A stretch of DNA of 64,000 nt from the NCBI GenBank assembly GCA_965223295.1, contig CBDCWC010000002.1:512001-576000 (forward strand). The letters are read 5' to 3'. This document shows, piece by piece, positions 28,867-38,672 of the stretch; positions within the stretch are counted from its first letter, which is position 1, and every line of letters begins with the position of its first letter. A program made the translations under genes and the position numbers. Origin of the DNA: Nitrospirales bacterium (GTDB taxonomy: Bacteria > Nitrospirota > Nitrospiria > Nitrospirales > UBA8639). The notes under the pieces were generated by a model. The model saw only the letters and a list, made by a program, of their open reading frames with translations. It ran no database searches and was not told where the DNA came from.

Positions 28867-29667
28867 TTAATTATGTTGTTGATTGTCCTTGGCAGATATC
28901 GGGACACTATCCAGAAGCTTGGGGGTTGTACCAGAAAAATCGATCCACGAATTCGTGCCCAATAGGTGAGCACCGCTGACACTGGGTTCTTCATAACGCA
29001 TCACAAAGTTTTTGGGTCCATGAGCATAAGCAACGACCAAGCCATATTCAGCATCTAAATAGCCACCATGCGGCCCCAAGCCTGGATAACTAATACGCCA
29101 TCCTGGTCCCTCAAGTCCCACATGCCCAAAAGTCAGTTTGCCAATCACATTATCGGGCAAGACAAAGAACCACGTCCATGGACCACCTGATACGATCGTC
29201 ATCACTTCATCAATGCCCATCCCATTCTCTGCGCTATTCACGTGGAGCTTTCCAAATTTCTCTTGAAGAAAAGCCATAACCTCTGGCGTAAGAGCCTTCA
29301 TATCATACACTTTTGGATAGGGAGGGACTCCAACTTCTGATGTGGATAAAAACCCGCCCCGGTGGACCTCGGGTTTTCGACCTGCTTTGCGAATTTCATC
29401 CAGCAATTCGCCTCGATGCAGAGGGAAAAATGACAAAAGCTCGGTGCCTTCCTCTGGAGTCAGAGCTCTGGTTTGTGAGATTTTGAGCAACGGTGTGGCG
29501 GCTTTAGGTAAGGGCAATGTACTCACACGAACCCCGACGGAACGTAGCACGGCATTGACGTTATCTAACCCTTCCGTCACCGGCTTCCCATCACTGTATG
29601 AGAGTGTAAGTTGTCCTTTTGTTGGCATTGGTTCTGCAAAACTGTGTGTTGTGAGCAGAACAAACAA
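28867..29667 (-). CDS. putative exported cupin-fold (acireductone dioxygenase-like) protein; true 5' end uncertain
   Basis: FGKLHVN..DEVMTIVSGG..WRISYPGLGPH; hydrophobic signal-peptide-like N-terminus. Confidence 0.6.
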   Translation of the reverse strand: MFVLLTTHSFAEPMPTKGQLTLSYSDGKPVTEGLDNVNAVLRSVGVRVSTLPLPKAATPLLKISQTRALTPEEGTELLSFFPLHRGELLDEIRKAGRKPEVHRGGFLSTSEVGVPPYPKVYDMKALTPEVMAFLQEKFGKLHVNSAENGMGIDEVMTIVSGGPWTWFFVLPDNVIGKLTFGHVGLEGPGWRISYPGLGPHGGYLDAEYGLVVAYAHGPKNFVMRYEEPSVSGAHLLGTNSWIDFSGTTPKLLDSVPISAKDNQQHN

Positions 29668-29806
29668 CGCGGGGAGGGCAATATTAATCCATTTTGGAAT
29701 GACAAGTTTCTTCTCTGGGACTTGATATGAGTGAATCGAACATCCCGTTCTCCTTTGAATCTTGATTAGTAGTCATCATAAGTATGTAAGGAGTTAATGG
29801 TATTAT

Positions 29807-29864
29807 ATCTTTATATAAAAATACTTTATATAAAGATTTATGTCAAGTATCTTCATGTAAAGAT
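29807..29864. promoter_or_regulatory. three palindromic MarR operator sites overlapping divergent promoters
   Basis: ATCTTTATATAAAAAT (29807), TACTTTATATAAAGAT (29822), ATCTTCATGTAAAGAT (29849); minus-strand TTGACA at 29846-29841; plus-strand TGGTAGAAT at 29868-29876. Confidence 0.7.
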
Positions 29865-29883
29865 TTATGGTAGAATGAAAGTA

Positions 29884-30393
29884 ATGAAATCGGATTTTAT
29901 CGATGGTCTCATTAAACAATGGTCAAGAGAGCGACCGGACTTAGACTCATCAGCCATAAACGTCGTGGGGCGAATCCTGCGGTTGTCTACCTTGCTTCAA
30001 CGGCGTGGAGAGGCGAGTCTTGAGCCATTAAATTTAACCTTGTGGCAATATGAGGTCCTCGCGGCCCTGCGGCGAGTGGGCCAACCCTTTCGATTGTCAC
30101 CGACACAATTAAGGCATGCGGTGGTATTGTCCTCAGGTGCTATGACCAACCGGATTGATCGTTTAGAGACGGCGGGTTTAGTAAAGCGGGTACCTGACTC
30201 CTTGGACAGACGAGGATTGCAGATTGTTCTCACTTCTAAAGGGTTGGAGTTGATTAACCGGGCAATCGAAGCACGACTACAAGACGCAGAAGATGTGGTT
30301 CGACTCCTCAACCATAAGGAGCGTCAATTGTTGGAACCACTTCTGCAAAAACTTCTTGCAGAGATCGAAGGTAACTCAAAAAGCAGAGAATAA
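29884..30393 (+). CDS. MarR-family regulator, UrtR/PecS/TamR-like
   Basis: N-terminal DFIDGLIKQWSRERPDLD helix, EVLAALRR, SGAMTNRIDRLE, DRR wing. Confidence 0.85.
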   Translation: MKSDFIDGLIKQWSRERPDLDSSAINVVGRILRLSTLLQRRGEASLEPLNLTLWQYEVLAALRRVGQPFRLSPTQLRHAVVLSSGAMTNRIDRLETAGLVKRVPDSLDRRGLQIVLTSKGLELINRAIEARLQDAEDVVRLLNHKERQLLEPLLQKLLAEIEGNSKSRE

Positions 30394-30732
30394 CGCTACA
30401 TAATTAAAATCTCATTAGTCCTTTGCTGGCGTCTTCAAGCCGTTTACTCTAAATAACTGCATCGACTGGTATTGCAAAGATGGGCAAAGATCGGCTGAAG
30501 TACTCTAAAGAATGAGGTTCCATTCTTCTAGAATCTTGAGCAATTAGTTCAAAGTTTCTCCATTGGCGTCCTACAAATCCTGCCTATAGCCTATTAACTT
30601 GCCTAAACTTCGGAGGAACGTTGTTTCTCCTCCGGCGTCAAACTTGTTTATTGAGACTGAAGCTGGTTTCCTCTAAAAGTAGAAGAATTTCATTGTTGCC
30701 GTTGAGTAACCAAATTTTTTAAAAGAGAACGA

Positions 30733-32400
30733 ATGGGTAATATTGTGAGCTCTGGGACTATGAGGTGGAATAAAAGGTGCTTTTTTACGGCCGTATTGCT
30801 GATTGCTCTGGCTCCGATTGCTGTGTTTGCTGTTGAAAAGGCTCAACGTGAAGTAGCGATATTGGCTGTTAACGATGTGTATCGAGTGGAGGGTGTGGAA
30901 GGTGGGCGGAAAGGTGGCTTGAGCATGGTGCGAGCACTTCGTACAGAATTGGAGGAGGACTATCCAGATTTACTTTTGCTTCATGCCGGAGATTTTTTAT
31001 TTCCATCACTCCTGTCGAAATGGACTCAAGGGGCTCATATGGTTGACACGATGAATGGACTGGACGGGGCACTGGGAGTTCATGATTCACATATGTTTGT
31101 GGTGTTTGGGAATCACGAGTTTGAAAAATCAAAGCCTCAGCATGCGGCCCTTCTACAAAGTCGCATTCGTCAATCTGAGTTTCAGTGGCTTGGATCGAAT
31201 ATACGGTTTTCCCAGAAAGGTGGGCGGCCGTTAGTCGCGTCGGATAATTTGCAAATCTCCAAAATTGTCAAAAGCGGAGGTGTACGAGTAGGAATTTTGG
31301 GGTTGACCACGAATAAGAAGTCTGCCCACAAGATTGCATATGTTGATGAATTTGTAGACCCGGTGAGTGTGGCCCTCACACAAACTCACCTGTTGCGGGA
31401 GCAGGGGGCTGAGGTGGTGATTGCTTTGACTCATCTGGCACTTCATAAGGATCGCGAAGTTCTTGAAACATTAGGCGAAAGAGGGCCGGATCTGATCATT
31501 GGAGGACATGAGCATCAACGACATCATGTCGAGGTCGATGGCCGCTGGATTTTAAAAGCTGACTCGGACGCTCGTACGGCAACTGTTGTCCATATACAAA
31601 TGATCGATAGAAAGCCTTTCATCTCATTTGGGTATCGCTTTTTAGACCGAACTGTCCTGACTCCAGACTCTGACATGCAGCAGTGGGTTAGCCATATTTT
31701 GAACAATCATGGGAAGTGGTATTGTGCGAATAAGAATGAAGGGCCGGGGTGTCTTAAGCAAGCGGTGGGGCAGACCTCTGTGCCGTTAAATGGTGAGGAG
31801 TTCGAAATCCGGAGTTACGAGACAAATCTGGGTAATTGGGTCGCGGACCAGATACGTTCCGTGGTTCCCAGTGCAGATATTGCATTTATTAATGCTGGGT
31901 CACTTCGCGTCAATCAAACCATTCCTCCTGGAGCGATTACACGGCGTCATGTTGAGGAATTGCTCCACTACGATAGCAAATTGGTTCAAGCCGAATTGAC
32001 AAAAGAACAATTGCATGCTGTCTTGGAACGCGCCACAGAAGTTTGGGGTGGGAAAGGACATTGGCTGCAAATCAGTGGTTTTGCGTACAAACATGATCCG
32101 CGAGCCCCCAAAGGTTCCCGTGTCGATGAGATTCGATTATTTCAACATGGAAAAATAAGTGAGTTGCCGGATCGACCGCTACAGGTGATTACGAGTAAAT
32201 TTCTTATAGAAGGTGGTGATGGATATTCCATGTTGAAATCTTTGAAGTGGATTTCAGTGGAACGATCGCTTAAAGGCCTGCTTCTCACTACTCTTCGCAC
32301 AAGTCCTCATGCGATACAACCCCGCCTAGATGGTCGAATTTGTAATGTGGCTGCAACACCAAATAGGCCTTGTGCCTACGACATAATTTCTCATAATTAA
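30733..32400 (+). CDS. bifunctional metallophosphatase/5'-nucleotidase, secreted
   Basis: NDVY, HAGDFL, GNHEF, ALTH, GGHEH, ETNLGNWVAD, NAGSLR; signal peptide. Confidence 0.88.
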   Translation: MGNIVSSGTMRWNKRCFFTAVLLIALAPIAVFAVEKAQREVAILAVNDVYRVEGVEGGRKGGLSMVRALRTELEEDYPDLLLLHAGDFLFPSLLSKWTQGAHMVDTMNGLDGALGVHDSHMFVVFGNHEFEKSKPQHAALLQSRIRQSEFQWLGSNIRFSQKGGRPLVASDNLQISKIVKSGGVRVGILGLTTNKKSAHKIAYVDEFVDPVSVALTQTHLLREQGAEVVIALTHLALHKDREVLETLGERGPDLIIGGHEHQRHHVEVDGRWILKADSDARTATVVHIQMIDRKPFISFGYRFLDRTVLTPDSDMQQWVSHILNNHGKWYCANKNEGPGCLKQAVGQTSVPLNGEEFEIRSYETNLGNWVADQIRSVVPSADIAFINAGSLRVNQTIPPGAITRRHVEELLHYDSKLVQAELTKEQLHAVLERATEVWGGKGHWLQISGFAYKHDPRAPKGSRVDEIRLFQHGKISELPDRPLQVITSKFLIEGGDGYSMLKSLKWISVERSLKGLLLTTLRTSPHAIQPRLDGRICNVAATPNRPCAYDIISHN

Positions 32401-32474
32401 CAGTCGATATTTGGATATGCCGGCTTCCTTTGTGTTATAATAGTTATCTAATTTAATTAACTTAATGGTGTTTT

Positions 32475-32939
32475 GTGCGGTTTTCCAAAAAAAGTGAATA
32501 TGGCCTTCGAGCAATGATTGAGCTCACTCAGCAATATGGGCAGGGGATGGTGCAACGAAAAACCTTAGCTGATCGCCAAAGGATTCCGTTGGGTTTTCTA
32601 GAAATGATTCTTTTATCGTTAAAAAATGCTGGACTGATAGGGAGCCGCCGTGGCTTGAATGGTGGAGTGTTTTTGATACGGTCTCCTCAGGAAATTACCT
32701 TGGGACAAATTATTCGTACTCTAGATGGCCCCCTTGCGCCGATTGCGTGCGTAAGTCAAACCGCCTATCAAAAATGTTTAGACTGTCCACATGCAGAGAC
32801 AGCCACTTGTCCCATTCAAGGAATCATGTTGGATGTGCGGAACGCCATTGCGTCTATTTTAGATCATTATTCGTTGGAAGATTTTGTAAAGACCCAAAAC
32901 GGTTCTCGCTTAAAAGGCCTATCTAAAAAACAGAAATAG
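32475..32939 (+). CDS. Rrf2-family transcriptional regulator
   Basis: YGLRAMIEL, SRRGLNGG, LDGPLAPIACVS..C..C..C. Confidence 0.9.
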   Translation: MRFSKKSEYGLRAMIELTQQYGQGMVQRKTLADRQRIPLGFLEMILLSLKNAGLIGSRRGLNGGVFLIRSPQEITLGQIIRTLDGPLAPIACVSQTAYQKCLDCPHAETATCPIQGIMLDVRNAIASILDHYSLEDFVKTQNGSRLKGLSKKQK

Positions 32940-32999
32940 CATTTTTGAAATTCTAATTATTTTTATAGTGAAATATTTACATGAGGCAAGAGGGAAGAT

Positions 33000-33221
33000 A
33001 TGGATACGCATTTACGCAGTGTAGTCAAGGGGCTTAGCTGGCGAGTCATTGCAACTTTGGTGACTACAATCGTGGTTTTAGTGATTTCCGGGGAGGTCTC
33101 CATGGCCCTCTTTGCAGGCTTCAGTGATTCATTGATAAAGATTGGGTTATTTTGGGGGCATGAACGTCTCTGGCAGACCGTGGCGTGGGGGCGACAGATG
33201 CCGCCCACAAGTTCTCCATAA
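33000..33221 (+). CDS. DUF2061 small membrane protein
   Basis: RSVVKGLSWRVIAT..HERLWQTVAWG. Confidence 0.85.
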   Translation: MDTHLRSVVKGLSWRVIATLVTTIVVLVISGEVSMALFAGFSDSLIKIGLFWGHERLWQTVAWGRQMPPTSSP

Positions 33222-33251
33222 CGTAGGATATTGATACCTGAAGGGAATGCT

Positions 33252-33638
33252 ATGGCTAATCGAATTCTATGTATCGGGGCTATCTTGGCGGGAATCGGGG
33301 TGGCAGCCGGAGCCTTTGGAGCACATGGCCTGCGCCCGATTCTCTCGGAAAAAATGATGGCCGTGTTTGAAACAGGTGTGCGGTATCATTTGTTGCATGC
33401 TCTAGCGATGCTGATTGCCGGATTAAGCACACATTGGTTTAGCCATAGAAAATTTGTGAAAGCGGGCTGGAGTTTTTGTCTTGGCATCCTCATTTTTTCA
33501 GGCAGTCTATACACGTTAGCTCTCACTGATATTCGTATGCTGGGTATGCTCACACCTTTGGGTGGGCTGGCTTTCCTCATTGGCTGGGGGTTCATGGCAG
33601 GGGGATATTGGTCTAACTTGCATAGCTCCAAGTCCTGA
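33252..33638 (+). CDS. DUF423 (YgdD/TMEM256) membrane protein
   Basis: GAFGAHGL, FETGVRYHLLHA, FSGSLY, TPLGG. Confidence 0.9.
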   Translation: MANRILCIGAILAGIGVAAGAFGAHGLRPILSEKMMAVFETGVRYHLLHALAMLIAGLSTHWFSHRKFVKAGWSFCLGILIFSGSLYTLALTDIRMLGMLTPLGGLAFLIGWGFMAGGYWSNLHSSKS

Positions 33639-33756
33639 ATCTTTTTCTTGCTTTCTTGAATCCGCATCATCAAGCTTCTACTAATCCTGCTATTACATCG
33701 GTTTAAGCGTAGTTTTTCGCTGACCTACCTTCGGGGTTCAACATCATTTGGTCAAC

Positions 33757-33944
33757 GGACTGTTGAATGATGAAGATATCAACGACCAAATTTGATCTCT
33801 ACAATGTGACATGTTTGAAGCCTCGGGTTGTTCAAAAAGGTCCGTCCACTAAGGCTGCAGCCATTTTTGCGTGCGGAGCGTCCTGGTATTACGTGAGCAC
33901 GGGAAAATGGCGAGAACACTGCTGGCGGCTTTTTTCAACAGACC
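33757..33944. repeat. MITE-like intergenic repeat, copy 1
   Basis: Outer TIR GGACTGTTGAA / TTCAACAGACC; core 33825-33944 similar to 35347-35468. Confidence 0.75.
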
Positions 33945-33957
33945 TTAAATGTATAGT

Positions 33958-34878
33958 TTAAGGTGTGGATTGAGAAAGAGATCCCGTGATGTGGAATGCT
34001 GGGCTGGCTTCGCCCATATAGAGAGTTCTGTGGGGAAAAGGGATTTCAATCTTTTCGCGATCAAAGGCCTTTTTCAGGCGCCGTCGATATTCTCGTCCTA
34101 CCGACCATTGTTCAATGGGGCGTGTCTTGATTCGAGCCTTGATCGTGACTTCTGATTCTCCGAATGCATCCACCCCGAGGATTTCAATGGGTTCAAGGAT
34201 TTTCTTGCGCCAGAGCTCATCCTGTTGTAATTCCGCTCCCACCGATCGCATGATGTCCGTGACATGGTCTGTATCTTCTTTGTATGCCACGCCAATATCC
34301 ATGACATAGGCTGACCAATTCTTGGTCATATTGGCTAATGTCGTCACGGTCCCATTTGGAAAAATATGGACGGTTCCGGATAAGTCACGCAAGGTAATGG
34401 TGCGAAAGCTAATGGCTTCGACTAGGCCGCCTGTGCTGTTGACAACGGCCACATCACCGACTCGGACTTGGTTTTCTAGGATCATAAAAAATCCGTTGAT
34501 GACGTCGCGTACCAAATTTTGTGCACCAAATCCTACGGCTAATCCGACGATACCCGCTCCTGCTAAAACCGGGGCGATGTCCAAGCCTAATTGATCCAAC
34601 CCCATGACCACTGCAATGACCCAGATCAAAGTAAGGCAAATCGTGCGGACTAAACCTATAAGCGTTTTAATTTGTTTTTCATTGGCAAGGCGTTCTTTGT
34701 CGTCATCTTCACGCCAGAGAAGCAAGAAGTGTTCGAGTTTATTGAGTCCAAAGCGAGCTGCCCTAATGGCCATATAGGCGACGATTCCAATCAACAGAAT
34801 TCTGAAGCTTGTTTCCATGATGACCATGGAATTTTTGGCGAGAAATGGCGAGAGTTGTTCGGTGAGAAATTGATCCAT
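33958..34878 (-). CDS. mscS: small-conductance mechanosensitive channel (YbiO/YkuT-like MscS family)
   Basis: LAGAGIVGLAVGFGAQNLVRDVINGFF..VGDV..FPNG..IEIPFP. Confidence 0.88.
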   Translation of the reverse strand: MDQFLTEQLSPFLAKNSMVIMETSFRILLIGIVAYMAIRAARFGLNKLEHFLLLWREDDDKERLANEKQIKTLIGLVRTICLTLIWVIAVVMGLDQLGLDIAPVLAGAGIVGLAVGFGAQNLVRDVINGFFMILENQVRVGDVAVVNSTGGLVEAISFRTITLRDLSGTVHIFPNGTVTTLANMTKNWSAYVMDIGVAYKEDTDHVTDIMRSVGAELQQDELWRKKILEPIEILGVDAFGESEVTIKARIKTRPIEQWSVGREYRRRLKKAFDREKIEIPFPHRTLYMGEASPAFHITGSLSQSTP

Positions 34879-35100
34879 CACACGTACTCCTTTTTCCTGT
34901 TTGTTATACAACTTTGAGGTTGCTTCATCTTGTCAAGACGCATTTCTTTGTTATTCTTACAAGTGTCAGGGCCAATGCCAAGTCGATCACTCTGATAAAC
35001 TGTTTCTCCCAGCGCTCAAAAAAGAATATCTCAGGCGGAGAGTTTCTTGATTCATTTTCATGAACGGAGACAAGACTCTACGGTTGGGACAAAATTTCTC

Positions 35101-35129
35101 TTGACACATTATCATTTCAATGGTAAAAA
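35101..35129 (+). promoter_or_regulatory. sigma70 promoter of the nitrogen operon
   Basis: TTGACA-N17-TAAAAA with TG extension. Confidence 0.65.
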
Positions 35130-35145
35130 AATATTTACAATTGAT

Positions 35146-35238
35146 GAGTTGAAACAACGACGTTTTAACTCTCAAACCAATAGAAGCCGGACGATGAAGT
35201 CCTCAACCAGCGAAAATCTGGGTGAGGGCTTTTTTTTT
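35146..35238 (+). promoter_or_regulatory. ANTAR-type dual hexaloop hairpin overlapping an intrinsic terminator
   Basis: P1 GAGTTGAAAC-AACGAC-GTTTTAACTC; P2 GGAC-GATGAA-GTCC; terminator AAGTCCTCAACCAG..CTGGGTGAGGGCTT + T run. Confidence 0.7.
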
Positions 35239-35278
35239 GCTGTTTCAATCTATCGTTGATACAAGTTTTTGACATTTA

Positions 35279-35468
35279 GGGACTGTTGAATAATTTAATT
35301 TCAAGATACGAAAACGCTTTCAGTGCAGTGGAGACTTCGATGCGACGGGAATGGTCAAAAAAGTCCGTCCAGCAAGGCCGCAGCCACTGTTGTGCGCGGA
35401 GGGTACTGGTCTTACGTGAGCACGAAACAATGGCGAGAACGCCGCTGGCGGCTTTTTTCAACATTCCC
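35279..35468. repeat. MITE-like intergenic repeat, copy 2
   Basis: Outer TIR GGGACTGTTGAA / TTCAACATTCCC; inner GGGAATGGTCAAAAAAG at 35347. Confidence 0.75.
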
Positions 35469-35570
35469 TTTTAGAATGTGAGATTAGCAGGTCAGGAAAA
35501 AGGTATATGGCGCATGCCTCTACATTCAGATGGCAGCATGGACGTGGCTATCGTAACCAAGGAGAGATGA

Positions 35571-36713
35571 ATGAAGAATCATGGTATGAATCGAGCAACC
35601 AGTGACGGCATGATGCGGAAAATAAGTCATCTGGGCTTGTTCACTATGATGGCAGGAATGCTCGTTCTGGGGGCTGCGATGGTAGGCCAGGCTGCTTTAT
35701 TGACGAAAGAGGATTTTAATTTTTATGGGTATGTGGAAGCCTCCTACACGCATAATTTCAAAAATCCAAATTCACAGACGAATAATCTGCGTATCTTTGA
35801 TGTGGATGCCAATTCATTTCGGCCGCATCTGGCGCAATTGGTATTTGAAAAAGAAGCAAAGTCAGATGGTGAATTGATCGACCGTGCAGGTTTTCGCACG
35901 AAACTTAATTTTGGTAGAGATGCCCAACTGACTGGAGGTTCAGGGTCGGATGATGTGGATTTTCAGGAAGCTTATATTCAGTACATAGCCACGATCGGTA
36001 ATGGCTTGGATCTACGTATTGGCCGGATGAATACGTTAATTGGCTATGAAGTGATTGAAAGCCCATTGAATCCAAACTTTTCTCGGTCCTGGCTTTTCGG
36101 CCTGGGTGAACCTTTTACCACAACAGGCATTCGAGCTTCCTATCAGTTTACCGACATGGTCGCACTTTCCGTTGGTTTGGTGAATGCGTGGAATGGCGCC
36201 ACTTCAGATTTTAACCGTAGCAAATCGGTTGAAGCCCTACTCGGTCTGACGCCGATGGACTGGCTGAGTGTATCGCTCTTTGGGTTCTGGGGCCCAGAAG
36301 GCGCCGTGGGGGCAAAGAACTCTGATCTTGGTCAAGCAGGTGGGATTATCACAGCCCAGGTTTCAACGCAAACTTCTCTCGTTCTTGAAGGCTACTGGGC
36401 TGAACAGGAAAATGGAGTGGCGGGGAGAGATGCGCAATGGCATGGGATAGCGGGGTACGTGATCCATGATTTTGACGATCAATGGGGGATGCGGCTTCGT
36501 ACGGAATGGTTTAAGGATGCTGATGGGTTTCTCACTGGAAGGGATCAAAAACTTTGGGAGGGAACCATCACCGCTCAATATAAACCTGTTCCCTATTTAA
36601 TTACACGTTTAGAATTTCGTTATGACAAATCAAATCGCAAGTCTTTTCAATATGGAGCGCGTCGGGTCGATCATCAAGAAACGCTCGCCACTGAAGTGAT
36701 TTTTCTTTTTTAA
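35571..36713 (+). CDS. outer-membrane beta-barrel porin (BBP2/OmpL-like)
   Basis: Signal peptide; FYGYVEASY, FQEAYIQ, IGYEVIESPLNPNFSRS, RLEFRYD; terminal Phe. Confidence 0.8.
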   Translation: MKNHGMNRATSDGMMRKISHLGLFTMMAGMLVLGAAMVGQAALLTKEDFNFYGYVEASYTHNFKNPNSQTNNLRIFDVDANSFRPHLAQLVFEKEAKSDGELIDRAGFRTKLNFGRDAQLTGGSGSDDVDFQEAYIQYIATIGNGLDLRIGRMNTLIGYEVIESPLNPNFSRSWLFGLGEPFTTTGIRASYQFTDMVALSVGLVNAWNGATSDFNRSKSVEALLGLTPMDWLSVSLFGFWGPEGAVGAKNSDLGQAGGIITAQVSTQTSLVLEGYWAEQENGVAGRDAQWHGIAGYVIHDFDDQWGMRLRTEWFKDADGFLTGRDQKLWEGTITAQYKPVPYLITRLEFRYDKSNRKSFQYGARRVDHQETLATEVIFLF

Positions 36714-36817
36714 GATCAGAGGAAAAGCGCACCTGAGGCTTTTTAATCAAATTTGAGGAGCATGAGGTTTTGAAATGACAGAGGATGTGGCGACTCAAGC
36801 TGCCCATGATTCTGTAA

Positions 36818-37225
<408 letters not shown>

Positions 37226-37279
37226 TGAGTATTATTTTTTCTATCTAATCGTCATATGTGATTGTTTGAAGGAGACAGT

Positions 37280-38584
37280 ATGAAGGTATCTCGCGTATTT
37301 CTACAGATAGGGTTGTTCCTAATATTAGTCCTGAGTATAGGGGAATCCTCTCTGGTGTTTGCAGAGGGAGTCGGATTAAAAATTGATACGGGTGATACGG
37401 CCTGGATTTTAATGTCTTCTGCATTGGTCTTATGCATGATGCTCCCTGGATTGGCGTTATTTTATGGAGGATTAGTTCGGAGTAAAAATGTGTTGGGAAC
37501 TATCATGCATACGGCAGTGATCTTATGTTTGATTACGCTAGTTTGGGTGATTTGTGGATATAGTCTCGCGTTTGGTCCTGATATCGGCGGCGTGATTGGA
37601 AGCTTAGCTTGGGTAGGGTTGCAAGGCGTTGGTATGGATCCCAGCCCAGATTATGCTTCAACGGTTCCTCATCAAGTATTCATGGTGTTTCAGCTCATGT
37701 TTGCAGCGATTACCGTTGCTCTTATGACAGGGAGCTTTGCTGAGCGCATGAATTTTAAAGCATTACTTATATTTTCAGTTGCATGGTCCGTGTTTATTTA
37801 TTCGCCATTAGCGCACTGGGTATGGGGTGGAGGTTGGTTACAACAAATGGGGGCTTTAGATTTTGCGGGAGGGGCGGTTGTACACATTAGTTCTGGGTTC
37901 GGTGCTTTGGTTGGTGCCCTGATGGTTGGTCCTCGCAAAGGATTTGGAAAAGAGCCGATGCCACCACATAATTTACCTATGACTGTATTGGGAACTGGTT
38001 TATTGTGGTTTGGATGGTTTGGATTTAATGGGGGGAGCGCCTTAGGTGCCAATGGCGGAGCCGGAGTGGCCTTTATTGCCACGCATATCGCAGCAGCGGC
38101 TGGTGGGTTAAGTTGGATGGCGGCTGAATGGGTGCATCGAGGCAAACCTACTGTTCTGGGAATCGCCAGTGGGATTATTGCTGGGTTGGCCACCATTACT
38201 CCAGGAGCCGGATTCGTCGGGCCCATGGCAGCGATCATCATTGGTCTTGTTGCTGGGACGATGTGTTATGTCGCGGTTGTCTGGAAAATGAAGTTAGGCT
38301 ATGACGACTCGTTGGACGTCGTGGGCATTCATGGGGTCGGCGGTCTAATAGGTATTCTGGCAACAGGGCTCTTTGCATCTGTAGGGGCAACAGGTCTGTT
38401 TTTTGGGAATGCGGACTTGTTCGGTATACAAGTCTTTCTGGCTTTGGTAACCTTAGCGTTTTCAGTTGTGGGTACCTATCTTATTCTCAAAATTGTTGAT
38501 CTGACAATTGGTCTTCGCATATCCCCGCAAGACGAAGAAATGGGCTTGGATTTGAGTCAACATAGCGAACGAGCCTATTCTTAA
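37280..38584 (+). CDS. amtB: ammonium transporter
   Basis: PGLALFYGG, FQLMFA, DFAGGAVVH, WFGWFGFNGGS, DDSLDVVGIHG. Confidence 0.96.
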   Translation: MKVSRVFLQIGLFLILVLSIGESSLVFAEGVGLKIDTGDTAWILMSSALVLCMMLPGLALFYGGLVRSKNVLGTIMHTAVILCLITLVWVICGYSLAFGPDIGGVIGSLAWVGLQGVGMDPSPDYASTVPHQVFMVFQLMFAAITVALMTGSFAERMNFKALLIFSVAWSVFIYSPLAHWVWGGGWLQQMGALDFAGGAVVHISSGFGALVGALMVGPRKGFGKEPMPPHNLPMTVLGTGLLWFGWFGFNGGSALGANGGAGVAFIATHIAAAAGGLSWMAAEWVHRGKPTVLGIASGIIAGLATITPGAGFVGPMAAIIIGLVAGTMCYVAVVWKMKLGYDDSLDVVGIHGVGGLIGILATGLFASVGATGLFFGNADLFGIQVFLALVTLAFSVVGTYLILKIVDLTIGLRISPQDEEMGLDLSQHSERAYS

Positions 38585-38672
38585 TTGAAGAAATTGTAGT
38601 TGGGCTAAGCCACAGATATGAACAAGAGTTGAGTTTTTATAAATGACTATTTCAGACGAAGGAGGTATGTGA

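Noticed and set aside
35276-35474. 62-aa ORFs on both strands (MLKKAASGVLA..; MNNLISR..) and ORF 33767-33961
   Set aside because: They are translations of the MITE-like repeat, not genes.
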